Below are positions 27,043 through 39,942 of a DNA stretch of 64,000 nt, one piece after another. The stretch covers positions 86,242,001 through 86,306,000 of the forward strand of contig OZ024742.1 of the NCBI GenBank assembly GCA_964016885.1, given 5' to 3'. A program made the position numbers and the translations under genes. The stretch is from Eledone cirrhosa. Taxonomy: Eukaryota. The stretch's first letter is position 1. Each line of letters begins with the position of its first letter. Below the pieces are notes generated by a model, which saw only the letters and a list, made by a program, of their open reading frames with translations, ran no database searches and had not been told where the DNA came from.

Positions 27043-27285
27043 ATTAAAGGTGGAAAACTGGGAGAGGGCACTTGCCCTGGTGGTCAGGGCCACTGTGGTC
27101 TTTTAATGGGCTTTCTCCACAAATGTCCCTTGGAAGTCTCCCCCCTATTGGGGAATTTTTCTTTTGTTATTTTATTTCAGCCTCTGTTTTTTTACACGCA
27201 GAAATGCCCATTTGTACCGTCCTGTATTGTCCTGTACTGTCCTTAATGTCTACTTTATGTGAACCCTTGTGGTTAATAAAGAAAA

Positions 27286-27286
<1 letters not shown>

Positions 27287-27339
<53 letters not shown>

Positions 27340-27396
27340 GCACTGGGTAATTGCTGGCCTTGTGCCAAACGTAGAAACAATTATTATTATTATTAT
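27287..27396. repeat. (ATT)n linker interrupted by a SINE 3' tail (27339-27380, +)
   Basis: (ATT)n-TGCACTGGGTAATTGCTGGCCTTGTGCCAAACGTAGAAACA-(ATT)n. Confidence 0.9.
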
Positions 27397-30300
27397 CAGT
27401 CTGTTCGGACGCTTATTTTTCGCTCCCAGTAATCGCTTTATTTGCCTGTTAAAATTAGTTGTTGTTAAATATTTCTTGTTGTGTAAGGGATATAAGCCCT
27501 TAGACTTTGCCCTATGAAGGGGAAAGTATAATATTTGGGCCTTTTCGCCCAAATATTTGAACATTTTACTTTTAAAAAAATTGTTTAAAAAAAAACACTT
27601 ACATTTAAAGAAAACGAAAAAAAAACGAAAAAAAAACGAAAAAAAAAAAAAAACATGGCTGAGCCACGACCCCAGCAATGTGTCTACTGTCGTCTGACAA
27701 CGGCGTAAAAGTTGAGAGGAGTGTTACAAACATTGTTACAAAAGTCACCACCACAAACAACGTGAACAAATACAACACTGAGAACACACATTTCGAAACA
27801 TTTACCACACCATCTACAACAATAACAGCGTAAACCAAAATACAGACAACAGAAAAAAATTACAACAAATACAACAATGATATTAACACCACTAACAAGA
27901 AAATAAACAACGACAACACCAACAGCAACAATACAAATTGCACCGAAAGCAACAACAACGGTGGCACCACTGTTATCAACAGTGATAATAGCAACAACAC
28001 CAACAACACCGTTTGTAGCAGTAGCAACAGCAACAACAGCAACAACAAAACCAATAATGGCAGCAATAATGGTGCCGCGGAAAAAGGGGCCACTTCTTTC
28101 GCAGGTGTGGCCCGAAATATAGAAACAATGCTAGTCACGGAGGAGGAGATGGCAATCGCTAGAGCCATGGTGTCGAGAAACGACAACAGAGTTTCCTTGA
28201 AACCTCCACCCGATTTATTCAAAGCCCAGCAACTGCGCACGGTGACTTACCGCACCGGAAGCAAAATATCGAATCGGGTGGAGAGAGCCACGGAGGCTCA
28301 GATCCAAAAAGCCTTGGATGCGTCTAGGCGCTCAAAACCCACAACACTCGAGGCAAAAAGTACGCCACAGTAGACGTACTTTTCTTTGGAAAACCTAAAG
28401 AGTGAGGAGATATTATTGGTGCCCTCCTACTGCGGGCAGAAAATTGTGAGGGTCAAAGTGACCCAGGTCCCACCCGACGTGCCCATACCTTGGCTGGCCT
28501 CCTCTGTACAGGCCGGAATAGAGGAGAAGAAAACCATACTGCAAATACATATAATGGCAAGAGAGAACTACTCAGGAATAGGCAAGCAAATGCTAATACA
28601 GACTGACCAGGAGTGCATCGAGGCCATCCCATACATCGTAGACCTCGAAGAAGGGCTCCAACTCCCTATACGCGTGGAAGGAAAGCGCCCAAAGTGCTAT
28701 CTCTGTGGGCAGGAGGGTCACCTCATGGCCTTCTGCCAGCAGAATAAATGCAGTTAAAAATATACGTGGTCACCTGCTCAACGACTGCAGGTCACTAAAT
28801 ATAGATGTAGTGGACATCAGCGAGACCAGAATCTCCGAAGCTCGAGCCTTGGCACTGATCTTCTGCGGCTACGATGTATACGCATCTCTCAGCCGTCCAG
28901 GAGATGTTGCCGTGATTTTTCGGAAATGCTTGGATATTGCCATACGGGCCATCTTCCTGGACCCAGAAGGTAAGTCGATGGTGCTGGACGTGATCGGCAG
29001 ACAAGGCAATGCTTTCAGGCTAGTAGCCGTCTACGCCTCAACAGGGGCAGGTCGGCCAGATGTCTTCAGACGTCTAGAGAACTTTCTTGGAATGTCCCAC
29101 TCTTTAGTGTTAGAGGGTGACTGGAACGGTATCTTAGATGCAGGCTGGGATTTTGTGGGCTAATAGACAGGGCATGAGGGTGTAAAAGCCTGTCTGGCAG
29201 GTATAGACTTGATTATCCAAATGGGCCCATGTGGATATGGGCAAACACCATCGGGTCATCCAGATCGTATTTATATAGGGTATTCTGTAGAAAACAGATA
29301 AGGCTAGTGTAGGTTATCCACAATTTAAAGTAGTCGACTACACGGACCACATATTTGTGATCTGTGAAGTTGACTTATATAGACTCCAATGGTAAGGGCC
29401 CGGCTACTGGAATCTGAAAGCGTCGTTCCCGGCGCGCAAAGCTTACAGAGACCGCATTAGCGAATTAGTTAAGCGTGCGTTGACGGGTGCGATCGTCAAC
29501 AACAGGTGGAGGTTTACCCTGGAAAGGGTTATTAGAGTAGAATAGATAAGGTTTAGCAAAGGAGTAGTGATAGAGGAAAATAGAGTAGAGGGAGACTTTG
29601 TTAGAAAGATAGAAGAGGCGTTTATGACGTGCTTGCACCGAAATTGGCACTCGACCAATTCTTCAACGCAAAACATGAAGACTGCGTTGTCATAGCTAGA
29701 ACGCCTGCTCTGAGACACGAAGGGACGAAAGCCGTTCAATGGGCCCGGGTAGTGTAGGCGAGACGTGTCAACAAGTCCACAATTCTGTCTGTGCCTGATC
29801 AAAGCGGGCGCATGTTGCTCGAACCCGAGCAGATGTGTGCCGCTTTTCAACAGGACTTTGCGGGCCGGATCGGAGTATGGACTTCGGTGCATACCTCGAC
29901 GGACTGCCGCGGTTCTCGACAACCGCAGCGCAGTGCTACAAAAAGCCGATAACAGCAGGTGAAACATGGGAAGGAGTAAATCGCCTGGTTTGGATGGTGT
30001 TCCCTACGAGCTTTATGCCAGACTTGTTCGGCGACCTCTTGGCAACAGAACGGGAGCATTCCCAGTTTTGTGAGTCGGGGAGCGGTGGCGCTACTGAGAA
30101 AAGACGCGAACAAGGGGACGTTATAGACAACTTCAGGCCCATAACTCTCCTAAATGCAGAGTTTAAGATTTTGGCCAAGGTGTTAGCAAATATATTGTTG
30201 CTTGTCGTTGGGGATCTGGTGGTAGAGGCGCAGACATGCGCCATCACCGACAGATCCATCCACGGCAAACTCCATCTCATGCGATACATCATAGAGAGGG

Positions 30301-32268
30301 TGGTTACGGAACCTGGCACGGGTGGGGCCCTGATGAACTTGGATCAATCTAAAGTATTTCATATGGTCGACCATCGGTACCTGGCTACAATCCTCGAGGC
30401 GGCCTGCTTCAGGCCCGTTCTTAGGGACTAGATCGTTGCGATGCACATCGACATTTGCTCGATTGTGAGGATCAATGGTCACCTGTCGCAGCCTTTCAGC
30501 ATCATGCGCTCGGTTCGCCAGGGTTGCCCCCTCTCGTCCCTCTTCTCTGTCCTAGCCCTCGACCCGTTACTGCACACATTGGAGAAGATGAGGGGGGTCC
30601 CACCCGAACTGGGATGCCGGGGATCCAATCAGCTTACGCCGACGACGTCACCGTGGTGGTGTCGAGTACAAACACGTCCAGATGCTCGGCACCACTGTCA
30701 AGGAATACGAAGCGGTGACAGGAGCAAAGATAAACCAGGAAAGGTTGGTGGGCTTGCAGCTCGGCACCTGGAGAGGCAAGTGCATGCCGTCCGACAGCGT
30801 CACGGGGCGCTGGACGTAAGGACCGGTTAAATTGCTCGGTGTCCGGTTCGGTCCGGACATCCAGATGGAGAATAACTGGAGCGTATTGCCGAGCAGAGTG
30901 GCCTCTCTCATCCAGAAATGGGCCGAGGGGAGGCTGTCTCTGAAAGGTCGGGCGGAGTTGGCGAATGCGTACATTGCGTCCGTCATCTGTTACCGCCTGA
31001 TCGTCGTACCTTTCCCCCGCCCAACTCTTTCAAAAATGGAACGCCTTCTATTCCGCTTACTGTGCAAGGGACGTGCTCCCATGGTCAGACGATCCATTTG
31101 CTCTCAACACCCATTGCGTGGAGGACTAGTCATGCCGTGGCTTATGATGCGCAAACATGCGCTGAGGCTGCGATATCCCTGGTGCTACCTTGGCGGTGAA
31201 CAGGTGTGGTCGCCGTTTGCCAGATGTGCTTTTCCCCAGTTCGTATCCTTTACGGAGCTGCAGTCCTGGATTTGGAAAAGACTGAGGGATAGCGGTTGGA
31301 AGCTGGAATGTCTCCAAGCAGTCACCACCCTCTACCAGCTGGGCACTAGTATCGGTGGAACATCAACCTCGGCGTTCTATATAGGACTAGTTGAAGAAAG
31401 AGCGACGACGTTCTCGGGGAGACCCTGGGCGTCAAACGCGATCAGCTGTTCGCTCTCTTCGATAAAACTTTCAGGCCGGCGCCTATGGACAACTTCCAGA
31501 AATCCCTGGCCTGCCAGTGCTACCGGGGAGCGTATCGGTTCAGGATATGCTCTATAGGCACGAAGGTGCCGTCTGCCGAGCCTGTTCGAGATGCGCGCAG
31601 GGCGACGAAACCAACCTGCACGCACTCGTTCAGTGTCCGAGGATTGCTGACTGTGGAACTATGTCGAACAGCTGGTGTCGCGTGTAGGACGGATCCGGTT
31701 ATCGACTGAGTCCATTGTGCAGATAATCTCGCTATCCTCCTTTAAAGATGTGTAACGGCGGGCAGTTTTCATCTGCCTGGTGGCCATGGCGAAAGAGATT
31801 GTGTTCTGGACAAGGTTGAAAGGGTTGAAGACAGACACTTTCCCTCTCCGGCCCATCCCTCATTAACCTTTTCAAGTTTCACTTGAAGAGAAAAATCACG
31901 GTGGAGAGGCAAGTGCTGTCTTCTAGTAAGTTTGTTGAAAGGTGGGTGAAAGTGGCGAGTCTGGTCTGAATGAACGCACCAGCTCTAAGTATACACCTGT
32001 AGACTGAGGAGTGGGAAAATTGAGAGAGGGCGCTTGCCCTGGTGGTCAGAGTGGCCGTGTTCTTTTGTGTGGTTTTCACTACAAGTGACTCTCGGAAGTT
32101 TCCCCCTTCTTGAGAAATTTCTGTTCGTTTGAATTTTTTTTGGATTTCTAGCCCGATTTTGTTATAACCTGTTTACACGACCAAAATCCACTTTGTATCG
32201 TCCTGTACTGCTCTGTGGCGTCTCTAATGTTTTCCTTCGTGTCAGCCCTTGTGGCCAATAAAGAAACC
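27397..32268 (+). mobile_element. L1/Tx1 copy C (family 2), degenerate
   Basis: Distinct 5'UTR and Asn-rich ORF1 with CYLCGQEGHLMAFC; deletion into ORF2; APE/RT remnants (FRPITLLN, VRQGCPLS, AYADD); ends GGCCAATAAAGAAACC+ATTATT. Confidence 0.9.
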
Positions 32269-32275
32269 ATTATTA

Positions 32276-32742
32276 GATAGTATGGTGGACGCGTCTGAAA
32301 GGGCTGAAGAAGAGCCCTTACCGCTTCGGTGATGCCCTGATTAACTTTTTCCAATTTCATTTGAAAAGGAAATCAGGGTAGAGTGGGAAGTGTTCTCTTC
32401 CCAGCATTTTGTTGAAAGATAGGTGAGAGAGGCAAAAATGACCCGAGTGACTGGACCTACTCTGAGTATGTGCCTGTAAATTGAAATGGAAACTGGGTGA
32501 GGACACTTGCCCTTGTGGTCAGAGTCACCTTGGCTTTTTTTAAAGGGTTTTCTCCATGATGGCCTTTGGAAGTCATCCCCCTATTGGGGAATTTTTCATT
32601 GTTCCTTTTTTGTTACATACTCAGTTTTTGGTTTTTTTACACGCAGAAAGGCCCATTTGTACCGTCCTGTATTGTCCTGTATTGTTCTGTACTTTCCTTA
32701 ATATCTTACTTTGTGTAAACCCCTGTGGTTAATAAAGAAAGC
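32276..32742 (+). mobile_element. L1/Tx1 copy D, 3' fragment (family 1)
   Basis: Homologous to ~26836-27286; ATT tracts on both sides. Confidence 0.9.
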
Positions 32743-32760
32743 ATTATTGTTATTATTATT

Positions 32761-35332
32761 AAAATTGCTAGGAGTCGGGTTCGGCCCGGACCTCCAGACG
32801 GACAAAAACTGGGACGAGGTGACGAGCAGGGAGGCTTCTCTCATCCAGAGATGGGCAGAGAGGAAGCTATCCCTGAAAGGTCGAGCGGATGTGGCGAATG
32901 CGTACATCGCATCCGTCATCTACTACCGCCTGACCGTCGTACCTTGTCCTAAGCCTCGCCTGACTGCACTGGAGCGTTCTCTCTTTCGCTTTTTGTGGAA
33001 GGGATCGCTCCGAACGTCAGGCTGTACATCTGCCGTCAACACCCGCTACGTGCGGGGCTGGGCATACCGTAGCTGATGACGCGCAGACACGCGCTCAGGC
33101 TACGGCATCTCGACCTCTTCATCGACGGTGATCAGGTGTGGTCGCTGTTTGCTAAATGCATCTTTCCCCAGCTCGTCTCCTTGACGAAGCTGCAGTCCTG
33201 GGTCAAGCGAAGACCGAGAGGGTGCGCTTGGAGACTGGAATGTCTTCAGACGCTCCCTGCCCTCGACAAGTCGGGCAATGTCATCGGTGAAAACACCACC
33301 TTGGCATTCTATAGAGAATTAGTGGAGGGGAAGCGCAACGACGTACTTGGGGAAAATCTAGGCGTTGACGCAAATCAACTAGCCAATCTCTTCGGAAGAA
33401 CGTTCGGGCAGGGACCCATGGACAATTTCCATAAATCCCTGGCCTGGCAGTGCTAACGAGGAGCTTTGCCAGTTCGGGATAAACTCTACAGGCATGGAGG
33501 TGCCGTCAGCCGGGCATGTCCGAGATGCGTGCAGGGCGACGAAACCGTCCTGAATGCACCCGTACAGTGTCCTGCATTGCTGACTTGTGGGTTTGTGTCG
33601 CACACCTGCTGTTGCGTGTAGGACGGATCTGGCTATCAGCTGAGTCCATCGTGAGGATTGCCCCGCCTTCTTCCTTTAGCCGGTAAGGGCAGGCAGCTTT
33701 TATCTGTCTGGTGGCCTTGGCGAAATAGAGAGTATGGTGGATGCGTCTGAAAGGGCTGAAGACGAGCACTTACCTCTTCGGTGATGCCCTGATTAACTTT
33801 TTCAAATTTCATTTGAAAAGGAAAATCAGGGTAGAGGGGCAAGTGTCCTCTCCCAGTTTTCCACTTTCAATTTACAGGCATATACTCAGGGTAGGCCCAT
33901 TCACTCGGGCCATTCTTGCCTCTCTCACCCCCCATCTTTCAACAAAATGCTGGGAAGCGAGCACTTCTCCCACTGGACGACTGCATGAAGGAGGGTTTCG
34001 TCACCCTGCGCGCATCTCGGCCATGCCCTGCTGACGACATTCCATGCCTGTAGAGTTTATCCCGAACTGGCAAAGCTCCTCGGTAGCACGGCCAGGCCAA
34101 CAACAATGAGAGTAACAACTACATCAACACCAGCGCAAAACAAAATGTGTCGCTTGCTAAAGCAGCCCCGCAAAACGAGACAGTCGAAGTTAGCCAGGTT
34201 GAATTGAATGAAGCCAAGCGAATGGTAAAAAAAGATGGCTACAGGGTCAGCCTCACCCCCACATCTAATAAAATGGAGCGTCGGCGCTTATGCACCCTGT
34301 CATATCGGTCGATAAACACAAAATGACCCCGAGTGGAACGGGCATCCGAGTCCCAGATACAAACACTTTGGGACTTGTGTGGGCGGAAAAAATCCACGTC
34401 AAATGTGGGCAGACATGTGGAACCGTGGACGTGTCTTTGGAACCCCACAAGGCCCCATTAAAAAGTGGCTCGTCCCAACCTATTGTGGTCAGAGGCTCGT
34501 GAGGTTCCGCCGGCCATTGAAATTCCCTGGCTAATGGCTGCCCTCATTGCCGATATCGAGGCCAACACTAAATTAATGGAGGTGATAAAAGTAAAGCAGG
34601 AGAACTGGTCAGTATCTAGGATGAAGCTCCTGATCCAAGCGGACCTAAAAAACATACAAGAAATTTCAGAAGTGATATACCTCAATGACGGCAGCCACGT
34701 CACCGTAATCATTGAGGGTAGAAGGTCTAGGTATGTCGTTTGTGTCGAAGGAACCCACCTAAATGCTTTCAGCCCTCAGGCTAAAAAAATGAGGCCACAT
34801 CTCCTACCCACCCCAGCGACTCAACCATCAAAACCAGGGGCAGAAATGGCAGCAAGAACTCTATCAGCAATAACAGAAACAACTATAGCAGCAACAACAG
34901 CAACAGCTTTAGGCACAACAGTTGCAAAACCAACATCACCATCACGCGCCAGAATTAGGACCAGCACCTCCACCATCCACCACGCCACAACAAAAACCAG
35001 CACCTGTGAAAAATCAGGGATAGATTTGAAAAGAAAATCAGGGTAGAGAGGGAAGTACTCTCTTCCGAGCATGTAAATTGAAGGTGGGAAACAGGGAGAA
35101 AGCACTTGCCCTGGTGGTCAGGGTCACCGTGCCCTTTTTAATGGGCTTTCTCCACGAATGTCCCTCGGAAGTCTATTGGGGAATTTGTTATTGTTTATTT
35201 TTGAGTTACATTCTCTGTTTTTGTTTTTACACACAGAAATGCCCATTTGTACCGTCCTGTATTGTCCTGTATTAAACTGTATTGTCCTTAATGTCTTACG
35301 TTGTGTAAACCTTGTGGGTTAATAAAGAAAGC
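32761..35332 (+). mobile_element. L1/Tx1 copy E, rearranged composite (ORF2 3' part, two inverted pieces, ORF1 piece, 3' end)
   Basis: 32761-33840 ORF2 3' half; ~33840-33968 and ~33971-34098 inverted; 34099-35008 ORF1-like; 35009-35332 3' end plus (ATT)n. Confidence 0.85.
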
Positions 35333-35349
35333 ATTATTATTATTATTAT

Positions 35350-38300
35350 GATTGAATCTGAACGGACGTCTTTTTTCTCGCTCTCGTAAGTTTATTTATT
35401 TACCTCTCAAAACTTATTGAATTTGTTTGTTGTTGTGTAAGGCATGCAAGCTTTTTTGGCCCAAATATTTGAACTTTTTTACATTTTAAAAAATTATCGA
35501 GAAAAAAACAACGACAACCAAAATACAGATAACAGAAAAAATGACAAATGCAACAACAATATCAACACAACTAACATGAAAACAAATAGCGACAACACCA
35601 ACAACAACAATACCAAATGCACCGAGAACAACGGCGGCACCAAAGACAACAATGATAACAGCGACAGTGAAAACAACAACACCAACAAGAATAAAGACAA
35701 CAACAACACCACCAATGACTAAGAAGAACACTTTCGCTGCGGCAGAAGCCAAAAAGAGGCCAAGCTTCAACATGGACCTCTCGAACAAAGATGAAAAGTT
35801 GGCCCATGCCTGGAAGCTCATCAAGCAAGAGCAAACCTGGGCCAACTTAACTGTCCCGGTAGAAGCTATTAAGGCAGTGTAGTGCAGAAAGGTGCATTAT
35901 AGATGCATTTCAGCACAAACCAAAAGGGCAGCTTTAATTCCAAAAGCAGATATCGAAGTCGCGCTGAGGTGCATGAGGGATGACACCGAATACATAGCGA
36001 GGGGCAGACAATACGGCACCATTTCGGTGCTGTTTAGTTCAGAAGCCCTCGTTATGAAACATGCTATGCCACCTTACAAAACCAGCAAGGTCATAATGTA
36101 CCCCTACCACATGGGAAAAAGAACAGCCCGTCTCCGCATTCCCAGAATCCCACCAGGACTTGACATATGGTGGCTTCTAGGATGTTCGATTGTGGTGGGG
36201 AGGGATACAGTCCCGATAGAAGTGACAAGAAATGCCAAATGGAATGGTCCGGGTTGACCTGGAGATACTTCCCAAGATCAGGCCGGAGAATGTGAAGACA
36301 ATCCCGGACCACATCCGCCTTCAGAATGGGACGGTCATTCATATTATGACCGAGGGAAAAAGGCCGCATTGTTTTGTTTGTGGAGAAAAAACTCATTTGG
36401 GAGCCTTCTGCCCTCAACTGCTTAAAGATGCAAAGGGTCGAAGGGCTCCACTGCTACCGACGCCGGGGTGAGGACCACAACCAACACCAGCACCGGCAAA
36501 ACCACCAGCAACAAAACCAATAGAAAGACCACCACCAACATGGACCACCCAGGGGGGAACGAGGAAAGTATCAAATTCCTCCTCCCCCCAAAAGTACACA
36601 CATCAATAAGAACATAAACACACACAAACACACTAACAGCCACAGACACCTTATCTCCCAGTAGTGAAGATGAGGGAAAATCAAAATCCCCCAAAATACA
36701 AAAAAGAAACACATAAAGAAAAAACAATCTCAACAAAGCACAAAAACATCCACAATAAAAAATGCCGACACCACCTACGCAAACATCTCCCCAACAACAT
36801 CAACATCAACACCACCATCACCTTCACCAGAATCCCCCAAACGCAAACAACCTAAACAGACACAAGAACAAATACACACACAAACATCTGAAACCACATA
36901 CACCGCACTAACAACAAACACAGACACAATCGAAACAACACCGTCATAACAATCACCACCACAACCACGCAAACAAATAAAATCACACCACAAAACATAC
37001 AAAATTCGTGCTCGTCAGGAGGGCCAACAAGGAACTGATGGCCATCGTAGCACGAAGTGAAGATATACAAAAAGTGGGGGAAATTTTAAAATCGAATACA
37101 TTTCGAGTACCGGAAGATTTGTTTTTTGTGCGAATAGGGTCATAGGGTCATCAAGATCGTATATAGACAGGATATTCATTAGGAAAATAGACAGAATTAG
37201 TGTAAGCTGTCCACGTTTTGAAACGGTCGCCTATTCAGATCACGAGTTTGTGATCTGTATGGTCGACCTAGATAAGACGCGTAGGTTAGGACCTGGTTAC
37301 TGGAAGCTAAACATGTCATTTCCGGCACTTAAGGCTTACAGGTACCAGGTCAACAACTTAGTTAAGAAAAGTTGACAGGGGGAGTCGTCAACAATAGATG
37401 GTGGGGGGCTCTCAAAAGAGAGATTAGAGTAATGTCGATAGAGTTTAGCAAAGAAGGAGTGTTAGAAAAAAATAGAAAGGAGTGGTAATTGGTAGATAAG
37501 TTAGACGAGGTTATTTGTAGTAGCATTGCAACTAACGTGCTAGCGAGAGAATGGCATTAGACGATTTCTTCAATGCGAAACATGAAAGTGCATTGTCAGA
37601 GCTATGACGCGTGCTCTGAGAAACGAGGGAACCAAAGCTGTTACAGAGGCTCGCGTGGCAGAGGCGCAGCGTGGTATTAAAACCAAGATTCGGTCTTTGA
37701 CGGACCGAGATGGACACGAGCTGAGCGATTCCAAGCGGATGTGTGAGGCCTTTCGCCAACATTTTGCTCGGTTGTTCGGGGGTTGTGGCGGGTCAGAGAC
37801 GGTGGCGGACTTCAGTCCCTAATTCGATGGTTTGCCACAACTCTCAACAGGCGAGGCTGGGTACTGCGAAAGGCCAATTACTTCAGCCGAGCTTCAGGAT
37901 GCCCTTGCCGGCTGCATGAGGCGCAAGTCACCCGGTTTGGATAGTCTGCCCTACGAACTTTACATAGCTATGCCAGATTTGTTCTCCAATCTCCTCAAAG
38001 AGCCTTACTGCAACTGGCAGCAGAACGGGAGTATTCCCAGTTCCGTTATCCGGGGCGTAGTGACGCTGAGAAGGAAAGACGAGTACAAGAGGGACACATT
38101 AGACCATTTCCGCCCCATAACTCTGCTCAACACAGAGTTTAATATTTTGGCCAGGGTGTTAGCGAAGAGGTTGGCGCTTGTCGTCGGGGATTTGGTTGGG
38201 GAGGCGCAAACTTGCGCAATCCCAACCAGGTCCATACAGGACCACCTCCACCTGGGTGTAAACCTGGCTTCGGTGTAAACCTGGCTTCGGTGGTACTGAT

Positions 38301-39938
38301 TAATTTAGATCAATCGAAAGCATTCGATAGGGTCGGCCCCGTCTTCAGAAGCTGGATCGCTGCAATGTACAGCAGCACCTGCTCGGGTATCAAAATCAAT
38401 GGCCACCTCTCAGACCCGTTTCAGGTCTCCCGATCGATCCGTCAAGAGTTCCCGCTCTCCTCCCTTCTGTAGATATTGACTCTCGAGCGAAACTTAACCC
38501 GGAAAAGTCGGTGGGCTTGCAACTCGGCACCTGGAGAGGCAAGTCCATGCCGTCCAACAGCGTCGTAAGGCGCTGGACGGACGGACCGGTAAAGTTGCTC
38601 AGGGTTTGGTTCGGGCCAGACCTCCAGGTGGATAAGAATTGGGACGAGGTGACGTGCATGTTAGCCAGTCTCACCCAGAAATGGACTGCGAGAAAGCTAT
38701 CACTGAAAGGTCGGGCGGAGCTGGTGAACCCGTACATCGCGTCCGTCATCTACTACCGTCTGACCGTTGTCCCCTGCCCCCGTTCGCGCCTCGCTATCTT
38801 GGAGCGGCTTTTCTTCAAATTATTGAGGAGGGTCAGTTTCCCTTGGTGAGGCGGTCCATCTGCTGCCAGCACCCTCTACGTGGAGGGCTGGGCATGCCGT
38901 GGCTAATGATGCGAAGGCACGCGTGGTGGCTTCGGCATCTCCAGATATTCTGCCTAAACGGTGACCAGGTATGGTCGCCGTTTGTCAGACGGGCCTTTCC
39001 GCAGCTCGGCTCTTTGACTGAGCTACTGTCCTGGGTCAAAAATAGACCGTGCCTGGATGACTGGCATGTGAAATGTTGCCTTCTACCATGCGGGCAATGC
39101 GGTCAGTGGAACTTCCACTTTCGAGTTCTATAGAGGATTACTGGTGGGCAAGTGCGACGTCGAACTCGGAGAGGGTCTGGGCGTCGACGAAGTCGAACTA
39201 ACCAGTCTTTTCCGTAGGACATTCGAGCCGAGAACAATGGATAATTTCCAAAAATCCCTCGCTTGGCAGTGCTACCGGGAGGCACTGCTCTCAGACGGAC
39301 CTGCCCGAGATGCGCGCAGAGCGACGAAATCATTCTGAACGCACTCGACCAGTGTCCGTGCATTACTGATTTGTGGAGTTATGTCAAACAGCTGTTGACC
39401 CGTGTAGAACGGATCCGTCTATTGGCCGAGTCCATAGTGAAGATCGACCCGCCGCCTTCTTTTGGCCAGGAGGGACAGGAGATGTTCCTCTGTCTGGTGG
39501 CAGTAGCGAAAGAGGTTGAAAGGACTGAAGACAAACACTTTTCTCCTCGGCCAATCCCTCATCACCTTTTTCAAGTTTCACTTGGAAAGGAAGGTGAGGG
39601 TGGAGAGAGAAGTGCTGCCCCCAAGTATATTTGCTGAAAGGTGGGTGAATGTGGCGAGAATGGCCCGTGTGAGTGGGCCTAATTTGGTCATGCGCCTGTA
39701 GGTGGCTACATTTGAGGAGAAGAGAGGTGCTCTTCCAGGGTGCTCTCAAAGCGTCGGGATGTTCAGGATTGGTGGGGTACCTGAGCGAACCCTGGTTGGT
39801 CATTCCCCCCTATTGGGGAATTTTTCTTGTATTCTTATTGTTACTTTGTTATTGTTATTCATATTGTTTACTCGACTTTTTTGTAAAACCCCACTATTGT
39901 TCCCTATATGTCGGCCCTTGTGAGCAATAAATGAAAGC
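35350..39938 (+). mobile_element. L1/Tx1 copy F (family 3), degenerate
   Basis: 5'UTR after (ATT)n; divergent ORF1 with CFVCGEKTHLGAFC; deleted APE N-terminus; RT remnants KSPGLDS, FRPITLLN, LDQSKAFDRV; ends CAATAAATGAAAGC+ATTATT. Confidence 0.9.
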
Positions 39939-39942
39939 ATTA

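Larger units (their letters stand above)
21388..27286 (+). mobile_element. L1/Tx1 copy B (family 1), full-length ~5.9 kb, nearly intact
   Basis: 5'UTR, ORF1, 34-nt spacer, ORF2, 3'UTR with AATAAA; (ATT)n on both sides. Confidence 0.95.

Noticed and set aside
15432-39930. Numerous antisense and alternate-frame ORFs over Tx1 copies
   Set aside because: Shadows of GC-richer ORF2 and CAA/CAC-rich ORF1; no motifs of their own.
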